DNA of 64,000 nt from contig CAVXYC010000032.1 in the NCBI GenBank assembly GCA_963765765.1, positions 96,001-160,000 of the forward strand, written 5' to 3'. The stretch comes from an uncultured Chloroflexia bacterium. GTDB taxonomy: Bacteria; Chloroflexota; UBA6077; JACCZL01. Both the position numbers and the translations under genes were made by a program. The notes below the pieces were generated by a model. That model did not search any database. It was not told the origin of the DNA and saw only the letters and a program-made list of their open reading frames with translations. Below are positions 19,652-31,830 of the stretch, one piece after another. Position 1 is the first letter of the stretch, and each line of letters begins with the position of its first letter.

Positions 19652-20941
19652 TTACGTCGGCGTATCGTCCGTCACGAGCTGATCCAGTCGGTCTACCAGC
19701 TCTTTCGGGGTCTTCATGTATTCCAGGATCATCTCGGTGGTTTTTTCGCCGGTGACAGGAGCTAGCTCGCGCTCGATGTCGAGTTGGCGGGCCTCGGCGA
19801 TGAACTGCGGATCGGCATAGGTGTTCGATAACGCCGCGCGGAGCGTTGCCGTGATGTTCTGAGGCGTCTCCGGCGGAGCCACCAGCGGTCTCCCCCACTC
19901 GTACGGCTTCGTAACGATCGCCAGAAGCTGCTTGGATTCGGCACTCTTGCTGGCAAAAAGATCGTCAGCGGTGGGCGTCCTGGCCAGGAGCGGGTCGTCC
20001 GGCTTGCGGCCCAGGGCAATGACTGGAACCATCGTGCCGCTGCGGATGTTGTCGCCCATTTGCCGAACCATGGACTCCCACGGCGCCAGAATCCCGTCCA
20101 CCTCACCGCGCTCAATGGCCAGGAGACGCGCATTGGTGCCCTCGTAACCAAAGATCGACTTGAGCTTCCAGCCAAGTCCGTCATTGATCACGACCTGGGG
20201 GATATGGGCAGAGCTGCCGGCGTCAGTGCCTGCCATGAGCACCTGCTTGGCCTCCAGCACCTGCAGGTTATCGAGGTTAGCGCCCGAGCGTTGGTGGATC
20301 AGGATAACCTGATTCACGGGTGTCGCCGTTCCCAGCCAGGTCATCTTTGTCACATCGTAGCGGACACCCTCGTTGGGACCTTCGCCTCGGAGCTGGAAAT
20401 TCGGGATGGCCCTATCGATGGCTCCAATGGTCAAGCCATCTGGTCGTGACTGATAGATGTGATTCGTCGCCACGCGGTGCGCAGCGCCCGGCATATTCTG
20501 AACGATGACATTGGGCTGCCCCGGAAGATGGCGCTGGAGATGACGACTTATCAGTCGAGAGATCGTGTCATTCGATCCACCGGCGGCGTCCCCAGCCACA
20601 ATTGTCAGAGTCTTGCCCTGCCAGACCGGAGCGAGACTCTGATCCACGCTGGAGGTCGGCTTGGTCTGCGCCGCGCCCGATGACGCCGCGGGACTGGCCG
20701 CCGGGGAAGCCGCCGGTGACGCGGCTGGCGATGCGGCCGGCTTTGCAGCCGCGGCGGGAGAGGCCGCCGGAGCTGATGCTGATGTGGTCGGTTTGGCTGG
20801 TGCGGCGGTTGGGCTGCTCGGAGCGGTCGGTGAACAGCCCGTCAGAGCCACCAACATGGAGAGGACAAGTACGCTCGGGAGTGAGAGGTGCGCGGACCCC
20901 GAAACGCGGAACGCGGGCTGGCGGATAATACTCAGATTCAT
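19652..20941 (-). CDS. Bug/TctC-family substrate-binding lipoprotein
   Basis: Lipobox LTGC, AASP repeats, AGGSND, VQNMPGA, ERGEVDG, RPLVAPP. Confidence 0.9.
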   Translation of the reverse strand: MNLSIIRQPAFRVSGSAHLSLPSVLVLSMLVALTGCSPTAPSSPTAAPAKPTTSASAPAASPAAAAKPAASPAASPAASPAASPAASSGAAQTKPTSSVDQSLAPVWQGKTLTIVAGDAAGGSNDTISRLISRHLQRHLPGQPNVIVQNMPGAAHRVATNHIYQSRPDGLTIGAIDRAIPNFQLRGEGPNEGVRYDVTKMTWLGTATPVNQVILIHQRSGANLDNLQVLEAKQVLMAGTDAGSSAHIPQVVINDGLGWKLKSIFGYEGTNARLLAIERGEVDGILAPWESMVRQMGDNIRSGTMVPVIALGRKPDDPLLARTPTADDLFASKSAESKQLLAIVTKPYEWGRPLVAPPETPQNITATLRAALSNTYADPQFIAEARQLDIERELAPVTGEKTTEMILEYMKTPKELVDRLDQLVTDDTPT

Positions 20942-20950
20942 GCCACTGCC

Positions 20951-22651
20951 CTACGCCGCGCTCATCTGACGCGCCGTGTAGGCCGCGCCGCGCAGGACTT
21001 GACCGGGCAGGTCGCCGCTGAGCCGACCGTCTTCGTTGACAACGGTCCCGTTCACGATCGTGTAGTGCATGCCCTCGGCACGTTGCGCCAGTCGGCGAGT
21101 ATTCGCGGGGTAATCCTCAACCCACTCAGGCTCGCAAGCGTTGACGGTACTCGCGTCGAAGATGGCGATGTCGGCTGAGTAGCCCGCTCGAAGCAGTCCT
21201 CGACCTTGCAATCCATAGACAGACGCAACCTCAAACGAGAGCTTCTGCACGGCGCGTTCCAGCGTCAGCGCACCACGCTCTCGCACCCAGAGACCAAGTA
21301 GGGTAGTGCCATAGCCAAACGCCGCGTCGAACTGAACGTGTGCTCCCGCGTCAGATGTCCCTACCAACAGATACGGACTATTCAGAATGGTGGCCGCTGC
21401 CTCTGGATCAGCGCCCGTGTTGGTGGTCCAGAACGTCGTTTCGAGATCGTCTTCCAGGGAGAGATCTAGCAGCGCATCCACCGGGTGCTGACCACGCATC
21501 TCGGCCATCTCCGCCACGCTCTTGTTGAGATATTTCTCGTTCTCAGGTCTCGCCACGTGAACGATTCGAACCAGGTCCCACCGTCGGTGGAACTGCACGT
21601 GACGCTCGGTCTCGAGATCGGCGCGGAGCTTTGCCCGCGTCTCCGGATCTCGGAACTCCTGAATCCGAATGTCCTCGGGGAGGAACATCAAATTCTTCCA
21701 GGTGGGGAACTCGTCGAATCGCTGGCTATTTTTCAAATTGAAGCGCTGAACGATTGGAACGGTGTTGCTCATCCCGTAGGTCCGATAACCATCTCGGAAG
21801 CTTCGGGAAAGCTCTTCGAGCTGTGCCTTCCAGAGATCCGGCTCTTTCACGAGGTCACGCACCGTTTGTCCTACGATAGGTCTTCCAGTGCGTCTCGCCA
21901 GCTCATGCTTCCAGGCCATGTGCTCGATCTTGGCAAGCCCCAAACCCATCTGCACGGTGCCGGCGTTGAGCTCTGTCAGCACGTCGCACAGGCGAAAAAG
22001 CTCATCGTCATTGGCCAGACGACTGGCAATCGGCCGCCCGTCCTCGCGGGAGTGGCGATCATTGCGGTTGGAAGAGATTCCCAACGCACCACCCTGAAGT
22101 GACTGCGCCACGAGCTCACGCATGTTCTCGATCTCGGCGTCGGTCGCATTGCGCTCGATCGCCTCGGCACCCATCACATAGTGGCGAATGGGAATGTGTC
22201 CCACAAGGCCGCCGGCGTTGATGCCCAGTCGACCTTCCAGGTGGTCCAGGTACTCACCGTAGGTGTGCCAGCCCCACGGGACGCCGGCCTCCAAGGCGGG
22301 GCGCGGCATGGCCTCGACTCGGACGAAGCTCTTCACAAGCTCATCGCGGTCGGCATCCTTCACCGGCGCCAGCGCCAGCGCACAGTTGCCCATGACGACT
22401 GAGGTCACGCCATGCATGGGCTCCGACGTGCCGTACGGGTCCCAGAAGAGTTGTGCATCCAGGTGCGTGTGATGGTCGATGAACCCCGGAGAGACCGTCA
22501 GACCATCGGCATCGATGGTGCGGCTGGCCGACTCTGAGAGCCGTCCGATCTCCACGACTTTTCCGTCGCGTACACCCACATCGCTTCGAAAGCCCGGCAT
22601 TCCCGAGCCGTCCACAACGGTTCCACCGCGTATCAGCAGATCAAAGGACAT
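20951..22651 (-). CDS. N-acyl-D-amino-acid deacylase-like amidohydrolase
   Basis: PGFIDHHTHLD, GVTSVVMGNC, SDAGAH. Confidence 0.92.
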   Translation of the reverse strand: MSFDLLIRGGTVVDGSGMPGFRSDVGVRDGKVVEIGRLSESASRTIDADGLTVSPGFIDHHTHLDAQLFWDPYGTSEPMHGVTSVVMGNCALALAPVKDADRDELVKSFVRVEAMPRPALEAGVPWGWHTYGEYLDHLEGRLGINAGGLVGHIPIRHYVMGAEAIERNATDAEIENMRELVAQSLQGGALGISSNRNDRHSREDGRPIASRLANDDELFRLCDVLTELNAGTVQMGLGLAKIEHMAWKHELARRTGRPIVGQTVRDLVKEPDLWKAQLEELSRSFRDGYRTYGMSNTVPIVQRFNLKNSQRFDEFPTWKNLMFLPEDIRIQEFRDPETRAKLRADLETERHVQFHRRWDLVRIVHVARPENEKYLNKSVAEMAEMRGQHPVDALLDLSLEDDLETTFWTTNTGADPEAAATILNSPYLLVGTSDAGAHVQFDAAFGYGTTLLGLWVRERGALTLERAVQKLSFEVASVYGLQGRGLLRAGYSADIAIFDASTVNACEPEWVEDYPANTRRLAQRAEGMHYTIVNGTVVNEDGRLSGDLPGQVLRGAAYTARQMSAA

Positions 22652-23039
22652 GTCACCTCCCACGCTGGACGATGGCCACACCCGACGGGCGCTCCGCGGC
22701 TGAGCATAGCAGCGGTCCGGTGTGCCTGGCAATCAGCCTGATGAGGGGTCCAGCGAGGCGCTGCGCCCTGGCCTCGATAGATGGGCGATTGACACTCTGC
22801 ATGTCGGCCGCTTGACATGCCTCACCGGAGCGCCGACCTATATTTGGAGTAGGACTGGAGTCACCGAAGCGGCCTGACAGGGTTTCATCGCGTTAAGACG
22901 CTCGCTTCCGACACCCAGATCTCTCCAGACCGCGAAGAGAGAACGCGACGGACGATAGATTGGAGCTCACCATCAACGTGAACGCGCCGGTCGATTACTC
23001 GGGCTAAGAACAGTCGCGCCCCCTGAAAAGGAGCGGGCC

Positions 23040-23758
23040 ATGACGAAGCAAGCCATTCAGTTGATGTCATTCGCGAGCGCCGTGGCGCTACTTGGACAGA
23101 TAGGCGTCACCGACCCATTGAGCTCTGCCTGGCAGGTGAATATCCAATCGGTGCTGGCAGCCGATGAACCGTCAAATTCGGAGCGAGCTACTGTGGCACA
23201 CCCGACGGCCACCTCGACGCCACGGGCGATTGCCATAACCAAGAAGGTGGAAGTCCAACCGCTTGCAGGCTCAGGCTCCGATGCAAGTGAGAGCTCAAGT
23301 TGACCAGTCACGAGACGTAGAGCGGCGGCGGACTCCGACGTCAACCCCTAGCATCAACGCTGTGGCGGCCGACAAGTCGGCCGGGAGCGCTCTGTCCGAG
23401 TCCTCAAGGCCCCATTGTCCCAATGGACGCCCCGTTTCCGCCCCTGCTCGCAGGTGTCGAGCCGCATGGCTGGTACGCCGACATTACCGTCAACACCACC
23501 GAGCCGGCCTATCATGCTCTGGCGGTGTGCTTCCAGGGTCAGCCGAACTCCGTCGATCCCGCGGATTTCAACCAAGTGTGTAACGATTTCGCCTACGCCT
23601 CTCTAGGCAGCGGCCAGAAGGAGACTCAGAGAACGTTCCATGCGGACGGCCTGAAGCCGGGCACCCCATATATCTACGCCGCTCTGGCCAGCTACGATAC
23701 CGGGCAGGAGATGACTTCGGCTCCATTCAGCACTCCTCGTGCGCCCACGCCGGGGTGA
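23040..23758 (+). CDS. Secreted protein with S/T/A-rich linker and FN3-like domain (frameshifted, probably 3'-truncated)
   Basis: AAGGAG SD, signal-like start, GLKPGTPY FN3-type motif in the second ORF. Confidence 0.55.
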
Positions 23759-24007
23759 TCAACTCCGTTCGCCAGGTGCAGCGCAGCTCGGGCATCGACA
23801 AGGTGCACGCCATCGTGGGGGGCTGGCATCTGGTGGGCGCGGGCCAGCCGCGTGGCAGAGACCATTGATGCCTTCAAGGAGATTGACCGGGACTACATCC
23901 TCCCCATGCATTGCGCCGGCTTCGACACGATGGCCCAGCTGCGGCGGGAGCTGCCGGAGGGCTGCTGCTCCCATCGACCGGGGACCCGCGTAGTGTTCGG
24001 AGCTTAG
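23734..24007 (+). pseudogene. C-terminal remnant of an MBL-fold metallo-hydrolase
   Basis: SSCAHAGVINSVRQ, KVHAIVGGWHL, PMHCAG, STGTRVVFGA. Confidence 0.8.
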
Positions 24008-24342
24008 TCTGGTCTGAAAATAGCCTCCCGTCCCGGGTTCGGGCCCTCTTTTCATGCGGCGGTGGTGCCCGCGCGGGTATGAGATCTCAGAAACGGCGAG
24101 CACGTAAAGATGCGCTCACCGGGCCGTGGTGGTTATCTGCAGCCCCGCAGCGTCCGCAATCGGAGTCGCAGCTCCTGGCCTATCTGACGCAGGCCATCGT
24201 CACGCGCCCCGTCGAGGGTGGTGCTCCCTGAGCCGAGTTCCACCTATTGATCGGGGGGTGCCCGTCGGCGTGACCACCTGTCGGCAAGCCGACACTTGAG
24301 CTAACTTAAAGAGATTGTTGCTTGTTATTGGGGAATAGCCGC

Positions 24343-24407
24343 CTATAGTGCCAGTGGCGCAGATGCGGTGAACTGTCTATAGTGCCAGTGGCGCAGATGC
24401 GGTGAAC
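24343..24407. repeat. 31-bp perfect direct repeat, two copies, period 34
   Basis: ctatagtgccagtggcgcagatgcggtgaac at 24343 and 24377. Confidence 0.95.
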
Positions 24408-24582
24408 CGTCGCGCGCCCGGATGCGCTGCGCGAACGGTGGTGAGACGGCTACAGATCAGGACACTCGGCACCGGGCGCTGAGGTCGTCTGGCACTTCCG
24501 CTGATGTTCAGTTGGGTGCATTGTGGCTCGGGCTGCGGCCGCACGCGGCGGTTCGCGGCGCCCATCGGGGGCGTTCTGGCAC

Positions 24583-27500
24583 ATGATAGCTGAGCAGGGC
24601 GACTGGCCAGCGCTGCCGCACCAGGAGCGCGTCGTGCCCCGATCCGCCACCGCCGGCACGTACCAGGCCGGTCGCACGCCGTTTGTCGGTCGCGGGCCGG
24701 AGCTGGCCGCACTGCGCGAGCGGCTGGCGGCGGCCGGCCACGGCGCGGGGGCGGTCGTGCTGCTGGCGGGCGAGCCGGGCATCGGGAAGACGCGGACGGC
24801 CGAGGAGTTCGCGACCGTGGCCGAGGAGCACGGCGCCGCGGTCCTGTGGGGCCGCTGCCTGGAGGGGGAGGGCGCCCCGCCCTTCTGGCCCTGGATCCAG
24901 ATCCTCCGCTCCCACGCCCGTGACTGCGATCCCGCGATCCTGCGCGCCGAGCTGGGTACCGGCGGCGCTGACCTCGCCCAGATCGCGCCGCTCCTGCGCG
25001 AGCGCGTGCCGGACCTGCCCCCGCTCCCCACCGCCGCGCCGGACCCCAGCCGCTTCCGCCTGTTCGACGCCGTCACCACGTTCCTCAGGAACGTCGCCGC
25101 AGCGCGACGCTCGTCCTCGTCCTGGACGACCTGCATCGGGCCGATGCGCCCTCGCTGCGCCTGCTGGAATGGGTCGCGCGCGAGCTGAACGCCGCGCGCC
25201 TCACGTCCGGCGGGCCGCGGGTGTTGCTGGTGGGGGCCTACCGTGATACCGAGATTGGCGACGGCCACCCCTTCACCGCCACGCTCACCGAGCTGGCGCG
25301 GCTTCCGGCGGCGAACGGCTGGAGTCTGACGGGACTGAGCGAGGCGGAGGTGACCCGCGTGATCGCTCTCGCCGCTGAGCGGACGCCGGATCCACGCCTG
25401 GCGCGGGCGGTCTACGCCCAGACGGAAGGACACCCCTTCTTCCTGGTGGAGGTGCTGCGGCTGCTGGCGACGGAAGGGTCACTGGACGGCACTGTGCCGC
25501 GGCCGGGACATCGCCGTCCGTCCACCGTGCGCGCTGCGATTGGCCAGCGGCTGGAGCGCCTCACGCCGGAGGGGCGACGGCTGCTGACCGCCGCAAGCGT
25601 CGAGGGTCGGGAGTTTGGCCTGGGTGTGCTCGGCCTGGTGGGCGAGCCGGAGCCGGACCGGCTGCTCGAGCTCATCTCCGAGGCGGAGGCAGCGGGGGTG
25701 ATCGTGGCGGTCGCAGACACCCTCGACCGCTACCGCTTCGCCCATGCCCTCGTGCGCGATGCCCTGTACACCGGGTTGCCCCCTTCCGCCGGGTGCGGCT
25801 GCACCGCCAGGTGGGGGAGGGGCTGGAGCGGCTGACCGCCGCGCACCCGGATCCGCCCCTGGCCGAGCTGGCGTACCACTTCGTCCAGGCCGCGGTCGGC
25901 GGCGGCGCGGACCGGGCCGTCGACTACGCACGCCGTGCCGCGGAGCGGGCGCTGGCGATCTCCGCCTTCGAAGAGGCGGTGCGCCACGACGAGCTGGCGC
26001 TGCGCGTGCTCGATGTGCAGGCGCCGCAGGACGTGGGGACGCAGCGTGCGCTACGCTGTGAGCTGCTGCTCGCCCTCGCGCAGGCGCAGATCCTGTCCGG
26101 GTGGTTCGGCGCCGCCCGGGAGCATGTGTTCCAGGCGGCCACCCTCGCCCGACAGCCTGCGGCTGCCGGAGCCGCTGGCCCGCGCCGCCATGGCCCTGGT
26201 ACAGCCGTATCCGTTGCCGGGCTTCGTCGATCCACCGGTCATCGCCTTGCTCGAGGAGGCGCTCGACCTGCTCAGGGAGGAGGAGAGCGCGACCCGCGCC
26301 CGCGTGATGGCCACGCTGGCCAAGGCGCTGTACTCGGTCACCGACCAGGCCGCGCAGCGCATGGCGCTGGGCGAAGGGGCGGTCGCCATCGCGCGGCGGC
26401 TGGGTGAGCCGCCGGTGCTGCTGGACGTGCTGGCGAGTGTACCCTGGGCATGGGTGGGGCCGGCGTACCTGCCCGAACGGCTGGCCATCATTACCGAGTT
26501 GGTCGATCGGGCCGATGCGGCCGGCCGCCCCGACCTGGCCTTCCTCGGGCGCATGTTTCGCATGTCGGAGCTGGTGGCGCTCGGGAACATGGCGGCGCTG
26601 GACCGCGACATTGCCGCTGCCGAGCGGCTGGCGGCCGAGCTGCGACAGCTCTACGCGTTCATGACGCTCCACACCGTTCAGATTATGCGCGCGAACCTCA
26701 GCGGCCGATTCGCGGAGGCAAAGCGCCTGATCGACGAGGCGGAGTCTCGCGCCGGGCCCTTCCAGGAGCCCACGGTGGCGACCGCCAGACTGCTGGTGAC
26801 GCTGCCCGTGTATCTGACGGAGAACCGCGACCGCGAGCTGCTGGAGCACGTCGAGCGCGTGCTCGCCCTGGGGATCACGCCGCGGCACCCCGGCCTGCGG
26901 TGCGTGCGCCTGCTCGCCCTCACGCGGCTGGGCCTTGACCGCGACGCGAGCGGGCCGAGCTTCGATGACCTTGCCGCCGCGGGCTTCCGTGACCTGCCGC
27001 CGGACTACACCACGCTCTTCTGCCTCGCCGTCCTGGCCGAGGTCTGTGCCGGATACGGGGACCGGGAGCGCGCCGCCGCGCTCTACGCGCTGCTGCTGCC
27101 GCATGCCGAGCGGGCTGTCTCCTACGGAGTCATCATCTGTCTTGGTGCGGCGGCACGTTACCTGGGCCTGCTCGCCGCGACCCTCGGTCACTGGGACGAC
27201 GCCGCGCGCCATTTCGAGGACGCCCTGGCGCAGAACGCCGCCATGGGCGCCCACCCGTTCCTGGCGCAGACGCAGCACGACTACGCGGCGCTGCTGCTCC
27301 GGTGGGGTGCTGCACCGGGCACGACGGAGGCCGAGCGGGCCGTGCGCGGCGAGCGGGCGCGGGATCTCGTCATCCGGGCGCTGGCCACCGCGACAGAGCT
27401 GGGCATGAGCCAGCTCGCCGACGACTGCCACCAGGTGCTGGCGGGTATGACCGCGGCCCGGAGCGGCCGGCCCGCGCCCGTCGCCCAGCGGCTGGCGGTC

Positions 27501-27695
27501 CCGGACGCGCTCAGCCCCCGTGAGGTCGAGGTGCTGCGCCTGCTGGCGCGTGGCCTGAGCAACAAGGAGATGGCGGCGGCACTGGTGGTGAGCGTGCGCA
27601 CGGCCGAGCACCACATCGCCGGCCTCTACCCCAAGATCGGCGCCCACAACCGCGCCGAGGCCACCGCCTACGCGCTGCGCCACGGGCTGACGTAG
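24583..27695 (+). CDS. Large STAND/AAA ATPase-LuxR regulator (MalT/LAL-like), split by 3 indels
   Basis: FVGR, Walker A GEPGIGKT, Walker B LVLDDLH across a frameshift, TEGHPFF, FAHAL, C-terminal LSPREVEVLRLLARGLSNKE. Confidence 0.9.
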
Positions 27696-27870
27696 CCCCG
27701 ACGCCCGTGCCGCTCGGTCATCCTCGTGGACGAGCGCGCCGCCGTGGTAATCCGCTTGCGCCGTTGCGTTCCTGGGATCGCGGCCACGTCGGAGCCCCAC
27801 GCCCGTGGGCGACGGGGCAAGGCGGGACGCCGGCGGCGTCCGACGCGGTGCCCGCGCCCAGCCCTGCGAA

Positions 27871-27900
27871 TTAGGTAGTCAACCCGTAGTTCTACCCATG
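27871..27900 (+). promoter_or_regulatory. Candidate LuxR-HTH operator
   Basis: ttaggtagtcaacccgtagttctacccatg: GTAGT repeated 11 bp apart plus ggtag/ctacc dyad; AT-richer than the flanks. Confidence 0.45.
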
Positions 27901-28080
27901 TGCGCTCCCCGGCCATCTGCGAGTATGACGGTGTCGGGGGCGCTGTCGGATGCGGGCGGCTACGGCCGTCCCACCCGCGGCCCCCCCGGCCTTGCGCCGG
28001 GACAGGCGCGCGAAGCGAGAACGAGGTCAGAACAGAGCGCCGTCGCGACCGGCACGAGCTGCCGGCGAAAGGAGCAGGCT

Positions 28081-29416
28081 ATGATCGGGTTCCCCAGCAC
28101 GACCGGTTCACGGCGCCCGCGCACCGCGCGCACGGTGGGGCTCGGCGCCCTTCTCATGGTCGGGCTGCTGCTCGTCCCCGCGCCGGCCCCGCGCCGGCGC
28201 AGACAGGCACCCAGGTCACCTTCAACTACACGGGTGGCGAACAAACCTGGCAGGTGCCCGCCGGAGTCACCACAGGCCACCTTCGACGTGCGGGGCGCCG
28301 AGGGCGGTCCTGTCAGTAGGCTCGTTACGATCCTGATCTTCACGGCGCACCGGGAGGTCGGGCAGTCGCCACGCTCCCGGTCACGCCGGGCGACACGGTC
28401 CACCTCTTCGTGGGCGGGGCCGGGAAGTTCGGGGTCGATTACCCCGGTGACTTACTGTGACCCAGAAGAGTGCTGCGTATGGCCAGCCGGGGGCGGGCGG
28501 CTTCAACGGTGGGAGCAGTGGGGGCTCTGGTTGTGCAATGTTGGGGTATTCTGACTTCTTCTGCCTGTCGGGCGGCGGGGGCGGCGGCGCCTCGGATGTC
28601 CGCGTCGGCGGCACGGCCCGGAGTAACCGGGTGCTGGTGGCCGGTGGGGGGGGCGGCACCGGCGGCTGGGGGGACCCCGGCGGCAGCGGGGGCGGGCTCA
28701 CCGGCGGACCGGGGGGGCCTGTGCCTACTATGGTGGCGCGGGCGGCACCCAGGACGGCCCCGGCGGGGGCGGTGGCTATGTGGCCTGCGAATCCGACGGC
28801 CGCTATTGTGGCGGCGGTGTCGGCGGTGGCGGTGGCGGCTACTGGGGCGGCGGGGGTGGCGGTCAGTAGCGGAAGCGGTGGGGGGGGCTCCGGCTTCGGG
28901 CCGCTGGGAGTCGTCTTCGCCAACGGGTTCCGGGCCGGCCACGGGCAGATCATCATCACCTACCCCGACCTGAATACGCCCGTCCCGACCACGCCAACGC
29001 CCACCGGGACACCGGGTACAGCGCCAAGCGATACCCCGACGCCGAGTCCCACGGCGATCCCAAGTACCACCCCGACTCCGAGCGCTACCGCGTCACCGAG
29101 CAACACGCCGATACCCAGTAACACTCCAACGCCGACGGCGCCATCCGCGACCCCGACGAACACGCCCACGACGATACCGACCAGCACCCCGACGCTCGAC
29201 GGCGACGAACACGCCCACCCTGACACCGAGTCCCCAGCCCACGGCCATGCCGACGGCTACGGTCTGCACGCCACCGTCCGCGAAGCGGTGTAAAGCCCCC
29301 GTGTCTTCCGCGCTGCGCAATACCAGTAGCGCCATCCTCGGCAGAACCGGGTGAACCGAGTGGCAGCAGGCAACGAGACCAACAACAAGGCCGAGGTCGT
29401 CATCGTGATGCAGTAG
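28081..29416 (+). CDS. Secreted glycine-rich protein (ALK/LTK-type Gly-rich domain) with PT linker, frameshifted
   Basis: AAAGGAG SD, signal peptide, FNYTGGEQTWQVPAGVT, GAEGG, GGFNGG, GGGGASDVR, VAGGGGG, PT repeats; CARDB-like tail NETNN before stop 29416 (end uncertain). Confidence 0.75.
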
Positions 29417-29600
29417 GCGCGTCTCCCCTCGTGGGCACGTGGGGTGTACGACGGGATGACGGGAGAGGAGGCCGGTAGGCCTATGTCCGAACAGATGGTG
29501 AGCCGCCGACTTCGGCCTGGCCCCAAGGTCGGCGGCGCTGGTTTCCGCGCGGCGGGAACGCGGATGGTCTGCACGCATACCCGGTGCAATGGGAGATATC

Positions 29601-29830
29601 ATGCCCCAACGTTTGTTTCAGATCGCAGTGCTCAGCATCCTCACGTGCGCCCTGGTGCTCGGTGGCGGCGCCACCGGCCCCGACGCCGTCCACTCCGATG
29701 GGCTTGCTTCCCTCCTAGCCCGGCTCGGGGCGGGCCCGAGCGAGGCGAGCGCCCAGCCCGAGTTGGTCTCGACGATCGTCTTCACCAGCACGCGCAGCGA
29801 TCCGGGCTGCGGTCTCCGCTGCACCGCAGC
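29601..29830 (+). pseudogene. N-terminal fragment of a secreted TolB/PD40-like protein
   Basis: Signal peptide then TIVFTSTRSDP; runs into the 3' end of the opposite-strand gene. Confidence 0.5.
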
Positions 29831-29839
29831 TAGTGTCGG

Positions 29840-31612
29840 TTACGTGGCCGGGACCGCCTTGATGTACTCCACGTGCGTCCAGGTGCCGGAGATGGAGCCG
29901 GGAACGTGTAACCGTCCACGAAATTGGGGTTCACGATGCCCTGTGCCGTCGTCCAGAAGAGCGGGATGTTGGTGTGGTGGGTGAACATGATCTCACCAAT
30001 CTCCTGGTAGATCTTCTCCTGCTGCTGGTCGTCCAGGGTTGCCCGGAGCTGGCCGAAGAGTCGATCGATCTCCGGATTGAACGGGTAGAGCGCTTGCACG
30101 GTGCCCTGGTAGCTGATGGTGTAGAAGACCCAGAGCGCGAGATACAGGCTGGAGCTCGGTGTTCCGCATGCGGAAGTGGTTGTTGTAGGCCCGTGCGCGA
30201 GCCTGACTATCGATGCTGTTGGCATCGGCGGGATCCAGTGTGACGTCAACGCCAACCTGGCGCCAGAATTCGCCGATCGATTCGAGGATATCGCCTTCGT
30301 AGCCCTCCAGGCCGCCCACCGCGGTCAGGAGAATGTTCGTCTTGAGCGGATTGCTGGGGGTGTAGCCAGCCTCGGCCAATAAGGCGCGCGCCGCCGCGGG
30401 GTCGTAGCCGTACTCATCTTGAAACCGTGTCTGCCAGTCTGGTCTCCAGCCGGGAAGCTTGGGATGGTAATGCACCGGTGCATAGCTCTCGCCCTTGCCG
30501 CCGAGGAAAGCCGTATTGAGCTGGTCTCGATTAATCGCCTTGTCCAGCGCCTTCCGAACACGCACGTCCGCCAGCGGAGAATCCAGGGTGCCGGAGTTGA
30601 TGTCCTTCCAGTCCCTGATGATCCCGCCGTAAGTGTGGAGGACGTTGCGCACGCCCGGGACGGTAGCGGTGACGATCTTCTGGCCACGTCCCTCGGCCTG
30701 CTTGAGCAAATCCTCAGGGAGGCTGGTCACGTGCACTTCACCAGCCAGCAGGCTGGCCATGCGCGTGGATGGCTCCTTTGAGAAACGGAACTCAAACTCG
30801 GGGAAGTCGGGCATCACGCGCCAGTGCTGCCATGGCACTCGCTCGAAACGGATGTACTGGCTCTGCTGACGGTCTTTGTACTGGTACGGGCCCGTCCCAG
30901 CAATAGGCTTGGTCTGCATGGTGGGGGCGCCGTTTTTCTCGAACCAGGCTTTACTACGAATCTCGAATCCGCCCTCGTTCTCGGAGTGTGCCCGGATGAA
31001 GTTAGCGTCAGGCCGGCTCAGGTGGAAGATCACCTCATAGTCGTTGACGATCTCGATCTGTTTGGTGACTTCCTCGTAGTACGCCTTCTGCCCGTGCAAC
31101 GAGTCGGGCAGAATGAGCTGATCGCGCGAGAACACCACGTCCTGGGCGGTGAACTCGCCGCCGCCATCGTGGAATTGGACGCCCTTGCGCAGCTTGAAGC
31201 GGACGGACGGCCCGCTCGGGTTGACCTCCCATTCGGTCGCGAGCTGGGGAATGAGCTTGCCGGTCTGTGGGTCCACGCCAACGAGGTACTCGTACATGGG
31301 GCGAAGCTCCCAGACGTCCGGCATCCCGTGATGGCGCAGGTCGTTCGACTCTCGCCCAGGCGCTTGTACAGCCATGACGAGCCGATCAACTTTGGGCTTG
31401 ACTGGCTGAGCACTTGTCGGCGCGGCCGCGTCCGACTTGGCAGCCGGAGCGGCGGCTTCCGTCTTAGCAGCCGGAGCACTCGTCGGGGGCGCCGCCGCGG
31501 TCGTCGCCGCCGGCTTGGCGGGCGAGGGTGTGGGCGAGCTACATGCTAATGCGAACGCGGCAAGAGTCAGCGTGGAAATGACGGTCGTGACCCGTCGCGG
31601 CCAGTGAACCAT
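29840..31612 (-). CDS. ABC family-5 (peptide/nickel type) substrate-binding lipoprotein, indels near the 3' end
   Basis: Lipobox ALAC, PQLATEW, LRKGVQFHDG, GTGPY, DVRVRKAL, YDPAAARALL; reconstructed stop at 29840. Confidence 0.9.
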
Positions 31613-31830
31613 GTGGGCACCTCGGTCTGGTGTGGTTTCCGACGCAGTTCGGTGGTAGCACCGGTGGTAGAGACCGTACCGACTCCGCGGCGTACTGTCA
31701 AAGAATTCATCGGAGAGACGTAGCGCGTGCGGCGAGTGCCGGTGACTTTTGCTGGACGCTCACCCCCCGCGGGCGTACGATAGGCCAAACGTCCGGGCTC
31801 GCCGCGCGCCTGGCCGAGGGAGTTTTCTTC

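Noticed and set aside
20690-20780. DNA repeats in tctC and in the PT-rich region near 29000
   Set aside because: Explained by low-complexity peptide linkers with synonymous variation.
22780-23039. Riboswitch in the long leader before 23040
   Set aside because: No recognisable aptamer consensus; a covariance-model scan would be needed.
24120-24280. Possible IS66 transposase tail (LLAYLTQAIV)
   Set aside because: One short motif only; no convincing terminal repeat.
24343-24407. Possible CRISPR array
   Set aside because: Only two repeats, a 3-bp gap instead of a spacer, and no cas genes.
25479-27800. 773-aa minus-strand ORF and similar long antisense ORFs (e.g. 2718..3554, 60470..61429)
   Set aside because: Shadows of GC-rich genes on the other strand; no motifs of their own.
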